NCBI RefSeq assembly: GCF_000020025.1
Contig: NC_010628.1
Location: 6,690,001-6,722,000 of the forward strand
DNA: 32,000 bases
Direction of reading: 5' to 3'
Origin: Nostoc punctiforme PCC 73102
GTDB lineage: Bacteria; Cyanobacteriota; Cyanobacteriia; Cyanobacteriales; Nostocaceae
The translations under genes were made by a program, and so were the position numbers. This document shows positions 6,826-16,396 of this stretch, one piece after another. The notes under the pieces are model-generated. The model made no database searches and was not told where the DNA came from. It saw only the letters and a program-made list of their open reading frames with translations. The first letter of the stretch is position 1, and every line of letters starts with the position of its first letter.

Positions 6826-8985
6826 TTATTGTTTAACTGCTTTCATCGACAAACTAATCCGCTTCAGTTTCTCGTTGATTTCTAACACCTGAACTTTCAC
6901 TACTTGTCCAACTTTGACAATTTTGTTGGGATCGTCTACAAATCTATCAGCAAGTTGGGATATATGCACCAAGCCATCTTGATGTACGCCGATATCGACA
7001 AAAGCACCGAAATTGGCGACGTTCGTCACAATTCCCTCTAATTCCATTCCTACATTTAAGTCCCTGATTTCCTTAATTCCTTCTTTGAAGGTGGCATACT
7101 TAAACTCAGCACGAGGATCTCTACCTGGTTTTTCTAGTTCGCTGAGAATGTCGCGCAATGTGGGTTCGCCGACGCTATCGGTAACGTATTTCTTCAGGTT
7201 GGTCTTTTTGAGTTTTTCGGCAATTTGTGTTACCTGATTTAATGGCACATTTAGATCGGATGCGATCGCTTCTACTACAGAATAACTCTCTGGATGCACT
7301 GCTGTATTATCCAATGGGTTATCACCGCCGCGAATCCGCAGAAAACCCGCCGCTTGTTCAAAGGCTTTTGGTCCCAGCTTCGGAACTTTCAACAGTTGTC
7401 GGCGATTTTTAAAGGCTCCATTCTGGTTGCGATAGGCGACAATGTTATTGGCAACTGTTGCCGTAATCCCAGAGACGGATGTCAGAAGTTCTTTGGAGGC
7501 GGTGTTTAAGTCTACGCCGACGTAGTTAACGCAGCTTTCTACAGTGTCATCCAATTTCTTTTTCAATAACTTCTGATCGACATCGTGCTGATATTGTCCC
7601 ACACCAATGGATTTGGGATCGATTTTCACCAGTTCCGCCAAAGGGTCTTGCAAACGGCGACCGATGCTAATAGCACCGCGCACGGTAACATCTAAATCGG
7701 GGAACTCTTCTAGCGCCACAATACTAGCAGAATATATAGATGCGCCAGATTCATTCACCATCACCTTAACTGGTTTGCGTTCTATAGTTTGCAATACTTG
7801 CGTGACAAACTCCTCTGTCTCGCGGGACGCTGTACCATTACCAATGGCGATTAACTCAATTTTGTACTTTTCAATCAGATTTTTGACAGTTTGTGCAGCT
7901 TTAGCCCGTTGTTCAGCCGCTTGGTGGGGAAAAACCGCTTGGTATTCCAAAAATTTCCCCGTTTGGTCGAGGACAGCAACTTTACACCCAGTTCTAAATC
8001 CAGGGTCTATCGCCAAGGTTGGTTTCATTCCTGCTGGTGCAGACAGCAGCAACTCTCGCAGATTAGTTTCAAATGTCTTGATTGATTCCATGTCTGCATA
8101 GACTTTCTTCTCAGAAATCACCTCTCCCATTAGAGAGACTTTCATCAAACGGTTAAATGCATCCTTCAACATCGCCTGATAAAAATCCCGAATTGCCCGA
8201 ACTTTGGTTTTAATTTCTTTCGACTCAAGATAGTAAAGTACCGTATCTTCATCAAAAGCAATTTCAAAGCTTAATACTTTCTCAGTTTCACCCCGACACA
8301 ACGCCAGCATATTATGTGGTGCAATATTTTTTACCCTAATTTTATAGTTACGGTACATCTCAAATTTGGTTGTACCTTCGGGATAATCATCTTTGATGCG
8401 GGAGACAAATACCCCTTCTTCGAGAAGATAATCGCGGATATATGCCCGCAATTCAGCTTTTTCAGCCACTTCTTCCGCTAAAATATCAGCAGCACCTTTA
8501 AGTGCTTCTTCTGCTGTTTTTACTCCCTTGGCTTCAGAAATATACTTAGCCGTTTCTTCTTCTAATGAAGCTATCGCAGTATTTTTGACATTTAGCGACT
8601 TGATGAATTCCGCCAGTGCTTCAAGTCCTTTTTCTCTGGCGATAGTGGCGCGGGTGCGTCGTTTTGGGCGATAGGGTAGATATAAATCCTCAAGTTCGGT
8701 TTTTTGTAAGCAGGATGAGATTTTGGCTTTAAGTTCATCTGTGAGTTTACCTTGTTGGGCGATCGCACTTACAATCACAGATTTTCGTTCTTCCAGTTCT
8801 GTTAAATAAGTATATCGATCGGACAATTCCCGTAGTTGCACTTCATTCATCTCATCGGTGCGCTCTTTACGGTAACGTGCAATAAAGGGAATTGTTGCAC
8901 CCTCCGCCAAAAGTTCCAGCGCGTTTTGCACCTGATGAGGTTTGAGGTTTATTTCAGTTGCCAGTAGTTGAGGAATGTTCAGCAT
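6826..8985 (-). CDS. tex: Tex-like transcription accessory protein (YqgF/RuvC-like fold, HhH motifs, C-terminal S1 domain)
   Basis: 719-aa ORF. It has the N-terminal LLAEGATIPFIARYRKE motif, AIDPGFRTGCKVAV (YqgF-like), and a C-terminal S1 domain GIVTNVANFGAFVDIGVHQDGLVHISQL. Confidence 0.92.
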   Translation of the reverse strand: MLNIPQLLATEINLKPHQVQNALELLAEGATIPFIARYRKERTDEMNEVQLRELSDRYTYLTELEERKSVIVSAIAQQGKLTDELKAKISSCLQKTELEDLYLPYRPKRRTRATIAREKGLEALAEFIKSLNVKNTAIASLEEETAKYISEAKGVKTAEEALKGAADILAEEVAEKAELRAYIRDYLLEEGVFVSRIKDDYPEGTTKFEMYRNYKIRVKNIAPHNMLALCRGETEKVLSFEIAFDEDTVLYYLESKEIKTKVRAIRDFYQAMLKDAFNRLMKVSLMGEVISEKKVYADMESIKTFETNLRELLLSAPAGMKPTLAIDPGFRTGCKVAVLDQTGKFLEYQAVFPHQAAEQRAKAAQTVKNLIEKYKIELIAIGNGTASRETEEFVTQVLQTIERKPVKVMVNESGASIYSASIVALEEFPDLDVTVRGAISIGRRLQDPLAELVKIDPKSIGVGQYQHDVDQKLLKKKLDDTVESCVNYVGVDLNTASKELLTSVSGITATVANNIVAYRNQNGAFKNRRQLLKVPKLGPKAFEQAAGFLRIRGGDNPLDNTAVHPESYSVVEAIASDLNVPLNQVTQIAEKLKKTNLKKYVTDSVGEPTLRDILSELEKPGRDPRAEFKYATFKEGIKEIRDLNVGMELEGIVTNVANFGAFVDIGVHQDGLVHISQLADRFVDDPNKIVKVGQVVKVQVLEINEKLKRISLSMKAVKQ

Positions 8986-9544
8986 TAGGTGTCTAAAATG
9001 AAAAAAATGAAAATGCTACTTCTAAAGGTAGTATGCTAGATCCTTATCCTGGCGCAAAGCCAAAGTTTTAAGCTAATTTACCAGATGATTGCTCACAAGA
9101 GTACAAGCGAAGTAGACAAAACCCACCTACGCAAGTAAGTTTTGAACCCTATTAATCCGCGTAGATGAAGGAGAGTTTGTATAGCATAGCGCAGCTATCC
9201 TGAGTCGGGAGAGCATTAGAACAAGTATCACTGTGATATCCGTATAAGCATATACTTTAATCTTGTTACACATAGTGCCTTATACCCCCACTTTGAAAGC
9301 TTGTTGTTACACGCAGTATCTACCACAAATGGAAGAGTTATTCGCCAAGCTTTTGGTTGCTTCATCTGTCGCAATAATTATTCCAATTGGTGTAAGATAC
9401 AATCTTGCGTAATCTTGATTTTCTATAATATTTATTTCATTCGACTGTTGTGCCTAAAAGCTTATTGGATGTAAAATTGACCACAATTACCAAAACAATT
9501 TGTTTTATTAAGCACAATAACTTTTCGTTCAGAGGTTTGCTAAG

Positions 9545-9799
9545 ATGCCTTTGTTTTTCTTGATACCACTATGTACTGCTTTAGTCACGGGCTACTTATT
9601 TAAAAAGAGTAATGATGAAATTGCATATCTTGCAGGTGTATTTGCAGCTATTAGCTTGATTTTAAGTTTAGTATTGGCACCCTGGCAGATTCAATTTGGA
9701 TTGTTAATCACTGTCTTAATCATTACGAACAGACTTTTGCAGAAAAATGAGTTCAAACAAACTGAAACCACAGGAAAACAACCTAGAGAAATTAAATAA
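9545..9799 (+). CDS. Hypothetical small membrane protein
   Basis: 84-aa ORF with 2-3 hydrophobic segments. It is the only ORF of at least 60 aa in the track between 8986 and 11389. No family recognised. Confidence 0.4.
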   Translation: MPLFFLIPLCTALVTGYLFKKSNDEIAYLAGVFAAISLILSLVLAPWQIQFGLLITVLIITNRLLQKNEFKQTETTGKQPREIK

Positions 9800-11389
9800 T
9801 ATCAACCACGACAAACTATTTTTTTCTCAACTTTAAACAGCTAAAAATCATAAGACAGCTAACCCAGTAATGTCCTTAAAAACAAAAGTTGGTAACTTGT
9901 TGATAGGAAATTCTTAGGTGTGTGTATAATTTTGACCGCTTCTTGAGACTGTATTATTTCTTAATAATGGTAAACTTTGTTTTTTACTTCAGCCTATCAG
10001 CTTTATACTTAGGTTAAGTATTGTTGAACTTTTCCATTTGCAAGGTCATGCAAACTTTTAAAAATATATTGATAATCAATTGTAATATCAAATAAAGTTT
10101 GCTCGTAAAATTCAAAAATCGAGTCTTCCGTCTTACTTGGTATAGAACACAACTCCAAAGAAGAGTTCTTTACAGATGTATGAAATTTAATATCTTTGTG
10201 GATAATATAAAAAGCAATTCAGACTATCGGTTTTCATCTATGATGTTTGCTGTATCTAGCTAGTACTTTTATGTACTAAAATATACGTACTGTTGCCTGT
10301 AATGTTGCTCAAGGTTAATTCTGTTTTCTTAAACTCTTAGCTTTACACTTCTAGAGTCTGATATGAAATCGCTACTTCTGTGAGTTTATTAGCCAGAAAG
10401 TGCTTCATAAATGTACAAATATATTACTAATGAAAATTCATATAATTTATAGGAAAATTTCGATTTTATGAAGTTTTTGTTTAAGTATATTTTCGGTACA
10501 TGAATTTTTGATGAAGTGTGCCGATAAATTTGCAACACGGCTTTCTCGTGGTATTCTAGTAAGTGATTATATGTAACAATAAATTTTGAGTAAAGCTCTA
10601 GTTAAAATTACATATAATTAATTAAGAACAATCAAACAATCCTAAGACTAAATGTAAAACATCTCAAATCTGCTTAAATTAACGTAAGCTGTGAGTTAAT
10701 CGCCAAACGCTAGTTTACATTAGCCGTTAGTCTCGTGAAAAACTCCATTTAGATATTAAGTAAAATTCCCCCACACGCCTGTAAAGCGCATTACTTTAGA
10801 CTAGACTGATTTATCTCTCTATTTTCCGCAGCCAAACAGACTTCTATTAGTCATTGTGTTCCTATGTCCGAAAAGAGTACGTATACACACTCAAGCTGAG
10901 TACAAATTTTTATTAATTAATCGGTTTAGTTACCAGCCGAGGTTACAGATGTGTATGTAAGCTTGGAGAATGACAAAGCCCTCACTTGTCCCATATCTGC
11001 ATCAACTATGACATAGATGTTGCGATCGCACTATAAAGTACTCTGGAAGCATAGCTGGCTGATACGGAAGACTTCTGCAATTCTACAGTTGAGTAAAGCC
11101 AAACTAGAAATACAACCATAAGCACTTGACTCCAATTAATACCGGATGCTGCAATAATACAGCAACCGTTCTACAAGCTGTATAGTATTTAGTTGCTAAC
11201 TCTTGGACACAGCTTTTGATGGTTATTTTGATATCAGCCCTTTCAAGATAGCCTTTTTAATATTGTTGTCTATTTAATGAAGTGGAAGTCGAATTGTACA
11301 GAAAGTGTGACCGAAATCAGAAACGTCCAAAACAATAGGCTGTTTACTGGCCGGTTTATACCTACTATCTCGATTGAGGGAAATATACG

Positions 11390-11773
11390 ATGAAATCTAT
11401 ATTGGAAATTTCAAACTTTAAAATAATTCCCTATATTATCTTGTTTGTCAGTATTTTATTTAGTATTTCTGGACAATTACTCATGAAATATACCATGAGT
11501 CACTCAGATGAGGGACTGTTGGATTGGGTATTCCTTCAAAAATTAGCATTAGCTGTTAGTGTTTATTGCTTGGGAATAGTCAATTGGATACTGGCTTTGC
11601 GATCGGTAAAATTGAGTATTGCTTATCCACTGACTAGTTTAAATTATGTCGGTATACTTTTCGGATCGCACTACTTTTTTAATGAGGTGATTACAATAAC
11701 TCGAATTGCAGGAGTAATCACTATTTTCCTAGGAATTCTTTTAGTGGTTATTCCACTGAAAAAGTCTATATAA
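11390..11773 (+). CDS. ArnE/ArnF-like small (SMR/EamA-type) permease subunit
   Basis: 127-aa ORF with 4 TM segments. LRSVKLSIAYPLTSLNYVGILFGSHYFFNEVITITRIAGVITIFLGILLV parallels the E. coli ArnE segment VPVGIAYPMLSLNFVWV...W.E.....GV.FII.GI.IL that I recall. Confidence 0.75.
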   Translation: MKSILEISNFKIIPYIILFVSILFSISGQLLMKYTMSHSDEGLLDWVFLQKLALAVSVYCLGIVNWILALRSVKLSIAYPLTSLNYVGILFGSHYFFNEVITITRIAGVITIFLGILLVVIPLKKSI

Positions 11774-11810
11774 ATTTCTCTATAGTAAATTCTAAAAAAC
11801 CTATTGGAAC

Positions 11811-12167
11811 ATGAACATTATTACTTGGCTACTTTTAATGGTTGTAGTTTTATTCGGAACCACAGCTAATGTGTCACTAAAATATGGACTTCACATTTCT
11901 AGCTCTACTAAAGGAACTAGCACATCTATTCTAAATCTATTATTGTCTCGTTATTTTTTGATTTGGTTTATCTGCTATACATTTATGACTATATTGTGGC
12001 TTTATGTATTGCGAACAATTCCTCTAAGTCAAGCATTTCCAGTTTTAGGACTAATGTATGCACTGATACCTATTGCTTCTCACTATCTTTTAAAAGAGCG
12101 AGTTGTATTTAGCCAGTGGTTAGGAATATCTATTATCATAACTGGTGTAATTCTGGTTGTAAATTGA
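11811..12167 (+). CDS. Second ArnE/ArnF-like small permease subunit (paralogue of the preceding gene)
   Basis: 118-aa ORF with 4 TM segments. LRTIPLSQAFPVLGLMYALIPIASHYLLKERVVFSQWLGISIIITGVILV has the same architecture as the upstream ORF. Confidence 0.75.
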   Translation: MNIITWLLLMVVVLFGTTANVSLKYGLHISSSTKGTSTSILNLLLSRYFLIWFICYTFMTILWLYVLRTIPLSQAFPVLGLMYALIPIASHYLLKERVVFSQWLGISIIITGVILVVN

Positions 12168-12261
12168 TAGCTAAAGAGCCGAATATTGAGGTTATTAATG
12201 TTATTAACAGCCTCTGAAGATAAATCTCAAAAACATAGCTAATAAAATATAAATTAAATTT

Positions 12262-13566
12262 ATGAATATAGGTATTATTGGCGGAGGCATAACTGGTCTA
12301 GTATTAGCCCAACGTCTTGCACATCAAGGACATATTGTAACTGTCTTCGATAGCAACAAACAGCTTGGTGGGCTAACCACGTATCATGATTATGGGTTGT
12401 TTACTTGGGATCGCTTTTATCACGTTATCCTACCTTCTGATACTCATTTAATAAATTTTCTCAGGGATATTGGGCTTGGAGATAAACTGCGTTGGCATCG
12501 AAGTTTAACAGGATTCTATGACAATAAAAAATTCTATTCTATCAGTAACACTATAGAATTTCTCCGCTTTCCTCTATTTGGGCTTATAGGTAAAATCAGA
12601 TTAGCCTTTACTCTCCTCTATGGTTCACGCCTTAATAACTGGCGGCGCTTAGAGAAGATTTTAGTGGAAGATTGGTTATTAAAACTCGGTGGTAAAAGTA
12701 CATACGAAAAGCTCTGGAAACCTTTACTTTTATCCAAATTAGGAGAGAACTATAAGAGAATATCAGCTGTTTTTATTTGGGCTTATATCAAACGACTATT
12801 TTCAGCGCGTGATTCTTCACTAAATAAAGAACAACTTGGTTATGTCTCAGGGGGTTACAAAACTGTCTTTGACCATATAGAAAAGTTAATTTATGCGGCT
12901 GGAGGTCATATCCGCACAGGGGTTGCAGTAGAATATATCGCGCCTCATCCAGGTGGTGGAATGTGGGTAGAATTTCAGGGTAAAAAGGAGCATTTTGATA
13001 AGGTAATTTTTACTGGACCAGTTAATATTTTGCAACAAGTTGCTGCTGATGAACTGATAAAAGTTTCAGACACTGGTGAAACAGTAGAATACCTGGGTGT
13101 AATCTGTATGGTATTGATTACTCGCAAAGCTTTAGTTCCTTATTACGTCGTAAATATCGCCGATAGAACTATTCCTTTTACCGGAGTCATCGGTATGAGC
13201 AACTTAGTTTCTTTGCAAGAAACAGCAGGATATCACATGACATTTCTACCAAAATATATCCTTTCCACTGACCCGTTGCTAAAACAGCCCGATGATGAAT
13301 TGCGCCAAGTATTTTTTCAGGGTATACGTTTGATGTTCCCAGAACTCAAATCAGATGACATTGTAGCAGCACATATAAATCGAGCTATTAAAGTGCAGCC
13401 ACTACAAGTTTTAGATTATTCCAGCCTTGTTCCAAAAGTGAGTACCGAAAACGAAGATTTTTTCGTCGTCAATACCTCGCAGTTGGTCAATGATAGCGTC
13501 AACAACAACGCAGTTGTGCGACAGGTCGATGAATTTCTCAAAAAATCAACATTGCTGAATTCTTGA
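12262..13566 (+). CDS. NAD(P)/FAD-dependent oxidoreductase (amine-oxidase / protoporphyrinogen-oxidase-like fold)
   Basis: 434-aa ORF with an N-terminal dinucleotide-binding motif, NIGIIGGGITGLVLAQRL...VTVFDSNKQLGGL. Confidence 0.8.
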   Translation: MNIGIIGGGITGLVLAQRLAHQGHIVTVFDSNKQLGGLTTYHDYGLFTWDRFYHVILPSDTHLINFLRDIGLGDKLRWHRSLTGFYDNKKFYSISNTIEFLRFPLFGLIGKIRLAFTLLYGSRLNNWRRLEKILVEDWLLKLGGKSTYEKLWKPLLLSKLGENYKRISAVFIWAYIKRLFSARDSSLNKEQLGYVSGGYKTVFDHIEKLIYAAGGHIRTGVAVEYIAPHPGGGMWVEFQGKKEHFDKVIFTGPVNILQQVAADELIKVSDTGETVEYLGVICMVLITRKALVPYYVVNIADRTIPFTGVIGMSNLVSLQETAGYHMTFLPKYILSTDPLLKQPDDELRQVFFQGIRLMFPELKSDDIVAAHINRAIKVQPLQVLDYSSLVPKVSTENEDFFVVNTSQLVNDSVNNNAVVRQVDEFLKKSTLLNS

Positions 13567-13611
13567 AATTTGAGTAATTGGATTTTATTTTAAAAATCAC
13601 AGGAGGTATTT

Positions 13612-14436
13612 ATGAGTCTTTTTGTTCTTTTACCCGCATACAACGAGCAAGAATCAATTCGCCCCTTGTTCAAAAGGTTTCAGACATTACAGCAAATCTC
13701 TAATATGGAGATAAAACTAATTCTTGTTGATGATGGTAGTAGTGATGCAACTGCTCAGACTGCTTTAGAAGAATCTCAATCACTGGGAGTATTAATTAAC
13801 TTAGTCCAACATCCCAAGAATGCTGGTTTAGGTGAAGCAATTAAAACAGGTTTCAGAACTTTCTTAGAAATTTCTCAAGAAGGTGATTTTTTAGCCGCAA
13901 TGGATTGCGACAACACTCAACCGCCAGAACTCCTAATAAAGATGTATGACACTATGATAGCTGGTAGCTATGATATTGCGATCGCATCTAGATACCGAAA
14001 AGGCTCTAAAGTCATAGGTTTATCAAAATTTAGAGAGATAATGAGTTACGGAGCTAGCTGGCTGTTTAGAATCGCAGCCCGTGTACCAGGTGTAAGAGAC
14101 TATACTTGCGGTTACAGGCTGTATAACCGTAATTTTGTTAGTAAATTAGATATGTATTACGGCGACAATCTATTTACTGAAAGTGGATTTGCTTGCATGA
14201 TAGATTTACTGCTAAAAGCAAAAGTACTTAGACCAAAAATCGCGGAAATTCCAATGGTTTTGAGATATGACCAAAAGCCAAGTGCGAGCAAAATGAAAAT
14301 TTTGAAAACTATTACTCGAACATTGAAGCTCCTGTATAAAAATCTATTATCTACAGGACAAATTTCCAATTTAGGCCAGACTTTTAATGAGCGAGAAACA
14401 GGAAGAATTCCCCTGAAAATGGGAAATCGTAAATAA
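13612..14436 (+). CDS. GT2 glycosyltransferase, polyprenyl-phosphate sugar synthase type (Dpm1/ArnC/GtrB-like)
   Basis: 274-aa ORF with LLPAYNEQESI, LILVDDGSSDAT and MDCDNTQPPE (DxD). A GGAGG Shine-Dalgarno lies just upstream (caggaggtatttATG). No C-terminal TM segments. Confidence 0.85.
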   Translation: MSLFVLLPAYNEQESIRPLFKRFQTLQQISNMEIKLILVDDGSSDATAQTALEESQSLGVLINLVQHPKNAGLGEAIKTGFRTFLEISQEGDFLAAMDCDNTQPPELLIKMYDTMIAGSYDIAIASRYRKGSKVIGLSKFREIMSYGASWLFRIAARVPGVRDYTCGYRLYNRNFVSKLDMYYGDNLFTESGFACMIDLLLKAKVLRPKIAEIPMVLRYDQKPSASKMKILKTITRTLKLLYKNLLSTGQISNLGQTFNERETGRIPLKMGNRK

Positions 14437-14652
14437 AGCTAAGAGTGATAGTCTGGATTAAATTAAGTGTTTGCAGGAAATAAGATCGCATATTTAGTAA
14501 GGGTTAGTCATCAGGAAGTTTCTGTATTCTTACCAGAGTTAGAGTATCTCCTAGCTCGTAACTCCCTTCGTTGAGAAGAGTATTAGTTAAATACATATAA
14601 GTGCATCTCTTTTTACACAAGCATCCTCAATGGTGCGAACTTTCAAAATATC

Positions 14653-14677
14653 AGCCCGCCTTTGCGGGCTTTTTTTA
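14653..14677 (+). terminator. Canonical rho-independent terminator
   Basis: AGCCCGC CTTT GCGGGCT is followed by TTTTTTA. It lies 216 nt after the GT2 stop. Confidence 0.85.
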
Positions 14678-14824
14678 TTGACAAGTTTTTCCAAGGAGGA
14701 TTAGGGAAATCCACACTGCTTTTCAAAGAATTGGTCAAGATGACAGTTGAGTAAATTTGCTAGAGTGAACACACCAGGATTTTTCAGTCAAATCTCTGAA
14801 TTACGCCAGCAGACGAGGCTACCC

Positions 14825-16297
14825 ATGCTTACAAGTACGCTACTTCTCTCAAATCAACTTCCCACCTTACAATATTCCTCTACACCAGAGCGTTTCGATG
14901 AAACCTGGGAAGCCCCCCTGGCTACCCTCCTGGGATTAGGACGCGCCGCAGGCGCTGACTTCATCGAATTATTTTTAGAACGTCGCAACTATATTAGTTG
15001 TCTTGCAGAAGAGGATTCCATCACTAGTATTTCACCAAGTCTGTCTACAGGTGCGGGAGTCAGAGTATTTCGCGGCAAAGCCGATTGCTACGTCAGTACT
15101 AATGACCTTTCCTTTTCCGGTTTGAAAGCAGCTTTAGAAAAAGGTCTGTCTATCCCGGGATTGCAATTACCTGCTCCCAAGGCTTTCATCCCAGAAATCA
15201 ACCTAGAATTACTGAGAGATTACGCCACCAAAAGAGGTAAAGATACATGGCTACCAGTGTGTAGCTCTATCCGCGAAATGGGAGAAGTCCTCCTTGATGG
15301 GACTGCTCACCTGAAGCAAAAAGCTAGCCATGTCCAATCGCGCCGTGCTACTTATTTTCGTGATTGGCAAGAAGTCTTAATCGCTGCTAGTGATGGAACT
15401 TTTGCGCGTGATATTCGCCTCACTCAGTCAGTAGGATTTAACCTATTGTGTGCTGATGGTGCTAATCGTACCTCAATTGGCGATCGCGCGGGTAATACTA
15501 GCGATGCCAATTTCTTGAGAACTTGGGATTCTCAACAAGCCGCCGAAAAAATAGCAGAATCTGCCGGCAAAATGCTCTACGCCGATTACGTAGAGTCGGG
15601 TACTTACCCGATTATTATGGCCAATCACTTTGGCGGCGTAATCTTCCACGAAGCCTGCGGACACCTGCTAGAAACCACTCAAATTGAACGTAATACCACT
15701 CCTTTTGCTGACAAAAAAGGCGAAAAAATTGCCCACGAAAGTTTGACAGCCTGGGACGAAGGGCGCTCTGAAAACGCTTTCGGGACAATTGATATGGATG
15801 ACGAAGGTATGCCTGCTCAAAGAACCTTATTAATTGAAAAAGGCGTTCTCAAAAACTTCTTAGCAGATAGAACAGGTTCTGCACGCACCGGACACCCCAG
15901 AACTGGAAGTGGCCGCCGCCAAAATTATACCTTTGCTGCTGCTAGCCGGATGCGTAATACTTATATTGATTCTGGCGAATATAGCACTGATGATTTATTT
16001 GCCTCTGTTGATAAAGGTATTTACTGTAAGAAAATGGGTGGTGGTAGTGTTGGTGCTACAGGTCAATTTAACTTTAGTGTTGATGAAGCTTATTTGATTG
16101 AGAATGGCAAAATCACTAAACCGTTAAAGGGAGCAATTTTAATTGGTGAAGCCAAGGAAATTATGAATAAAATTTCTATGTGTTCCCAAGATTTGGAAAT
16201 TGCACCAGGTTTTTGTGGCTCTGTCAGCGGCAGCATTTACACCACAGTCGGACAACCCCACATCAAGGTTGATTCTATTACCGTTGGTGGACGATAA
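14825..16297 (+). CDS. tldD: Metalloprotease TldD
   Basis: The track ORF 14747..16297 begins at a TTG. The first ATG (14825, MLTSTLLL) gives 490 aa. It carries the HEACGHLLE zinc-binding motif and the GGSV...GQFNF C-terminal TldD/PmbA signature. Confidence 0.9.
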   Translation: MLTSTLLLSNQLPTLQYSSTPERFDETWEAPLATLLGLGRAAGADFIELFLERRNYISCLAEEDSITSISPSLSTGAGVRVFRGKADCYVSTNDLSFSGLKAALEKGLSIPGLQLPAPKAFIPEINLELLRDYATKRGKDTWLPVCSSIREMGEVLLDGTAHLKQKASHVQSRRATYFRDWQEVLIAASDGTFARDIRLTQSVGFNLLCADGANRTSIGDRAGNTSDANFLRTWDSQQAAEKIAESAGKMLYADYVESGTYPIIMANHFGGVIFHEACGHLLETTQIERNTTPFADKKGEKIAHESLTAWDEGRSENAFGTIDMDDEGMPAQRTLLIEKGVLKNFLADRTGSARTGHPRTGSGRRQNYTFAAASRMRNTYIDSGEYSTDDLFASVDKGIYCKKMGGGSVGATGQFNFSVDEAYLIENGKITKPLKGAILIGEAKEIMNKISMCSQDLEIAPGFCGSVSGSIYTTVGQPHIKVDSITVGGR

Positions 16298-16358
16298 GAA
16301 TTTTAGATTTTGGACTTTCCTGCGGAACGCTACGCGAACGACTCCGCTCAGTCGAACG

Positions 16359-16396
16359 ATTTTGGATTTTGGATTGTAATATTCAAAATCCAAAAT
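16359..16396. repeat. Perfect 13-bp inverted repeat built from AAAATCCAAAAT-type units in the tldD-pmbA spacer
   Basis: ATTTTGGATTTTG (16359-16371) and CAAAATCCAAAAT (16384-16396) flank a 12-nt loop. Related units occur at 16503-16560 and 27121-27180. Confidence 0.8.

Noticed and set aside
7013-8101. Five plus-strand ORFs (61-164 aa) inside the tex region
   Set aside because: They lie entirely antisense within a 719-aa ORF that has unmistakable Tex motifs. Their translations are low-complexity, Ser/Leu/Arg-rich shadow frames.
9329-9412. 27-codon ORF MEELFAKLLVASSVAIIIPIGVRYNLA in the tex upstream region
   Set aside because: It is hydrophobic and could be a small membrane peptide, but it has no Shine-Dalgarno and no conservation evidence, and it is too short to separate from chance.
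10273-10286. GTA-N8-TAC (GTACTAAAATATAC), a match to the NtcA-binding consensus in the AT-rich tract
   Set aside because: The pattern is expected by chance in AT-rich DNA. No properly spaced (~22 nt) -10 box of the TAN3T type follows; the nearest candidates are 13 and 29 nt away.
8767-15479. The scarcity of HIP1 (GCGATCGC) sites (only 11022 and 13978) as evidence that this segment is foreign
   Set aside because: A comparable HIP1-free gap covers 1964-7261, which includes core genes such as hisS, so HIP1 spacing alone does not discriminate. AT-richness is the better, though still uncomputed, signal.
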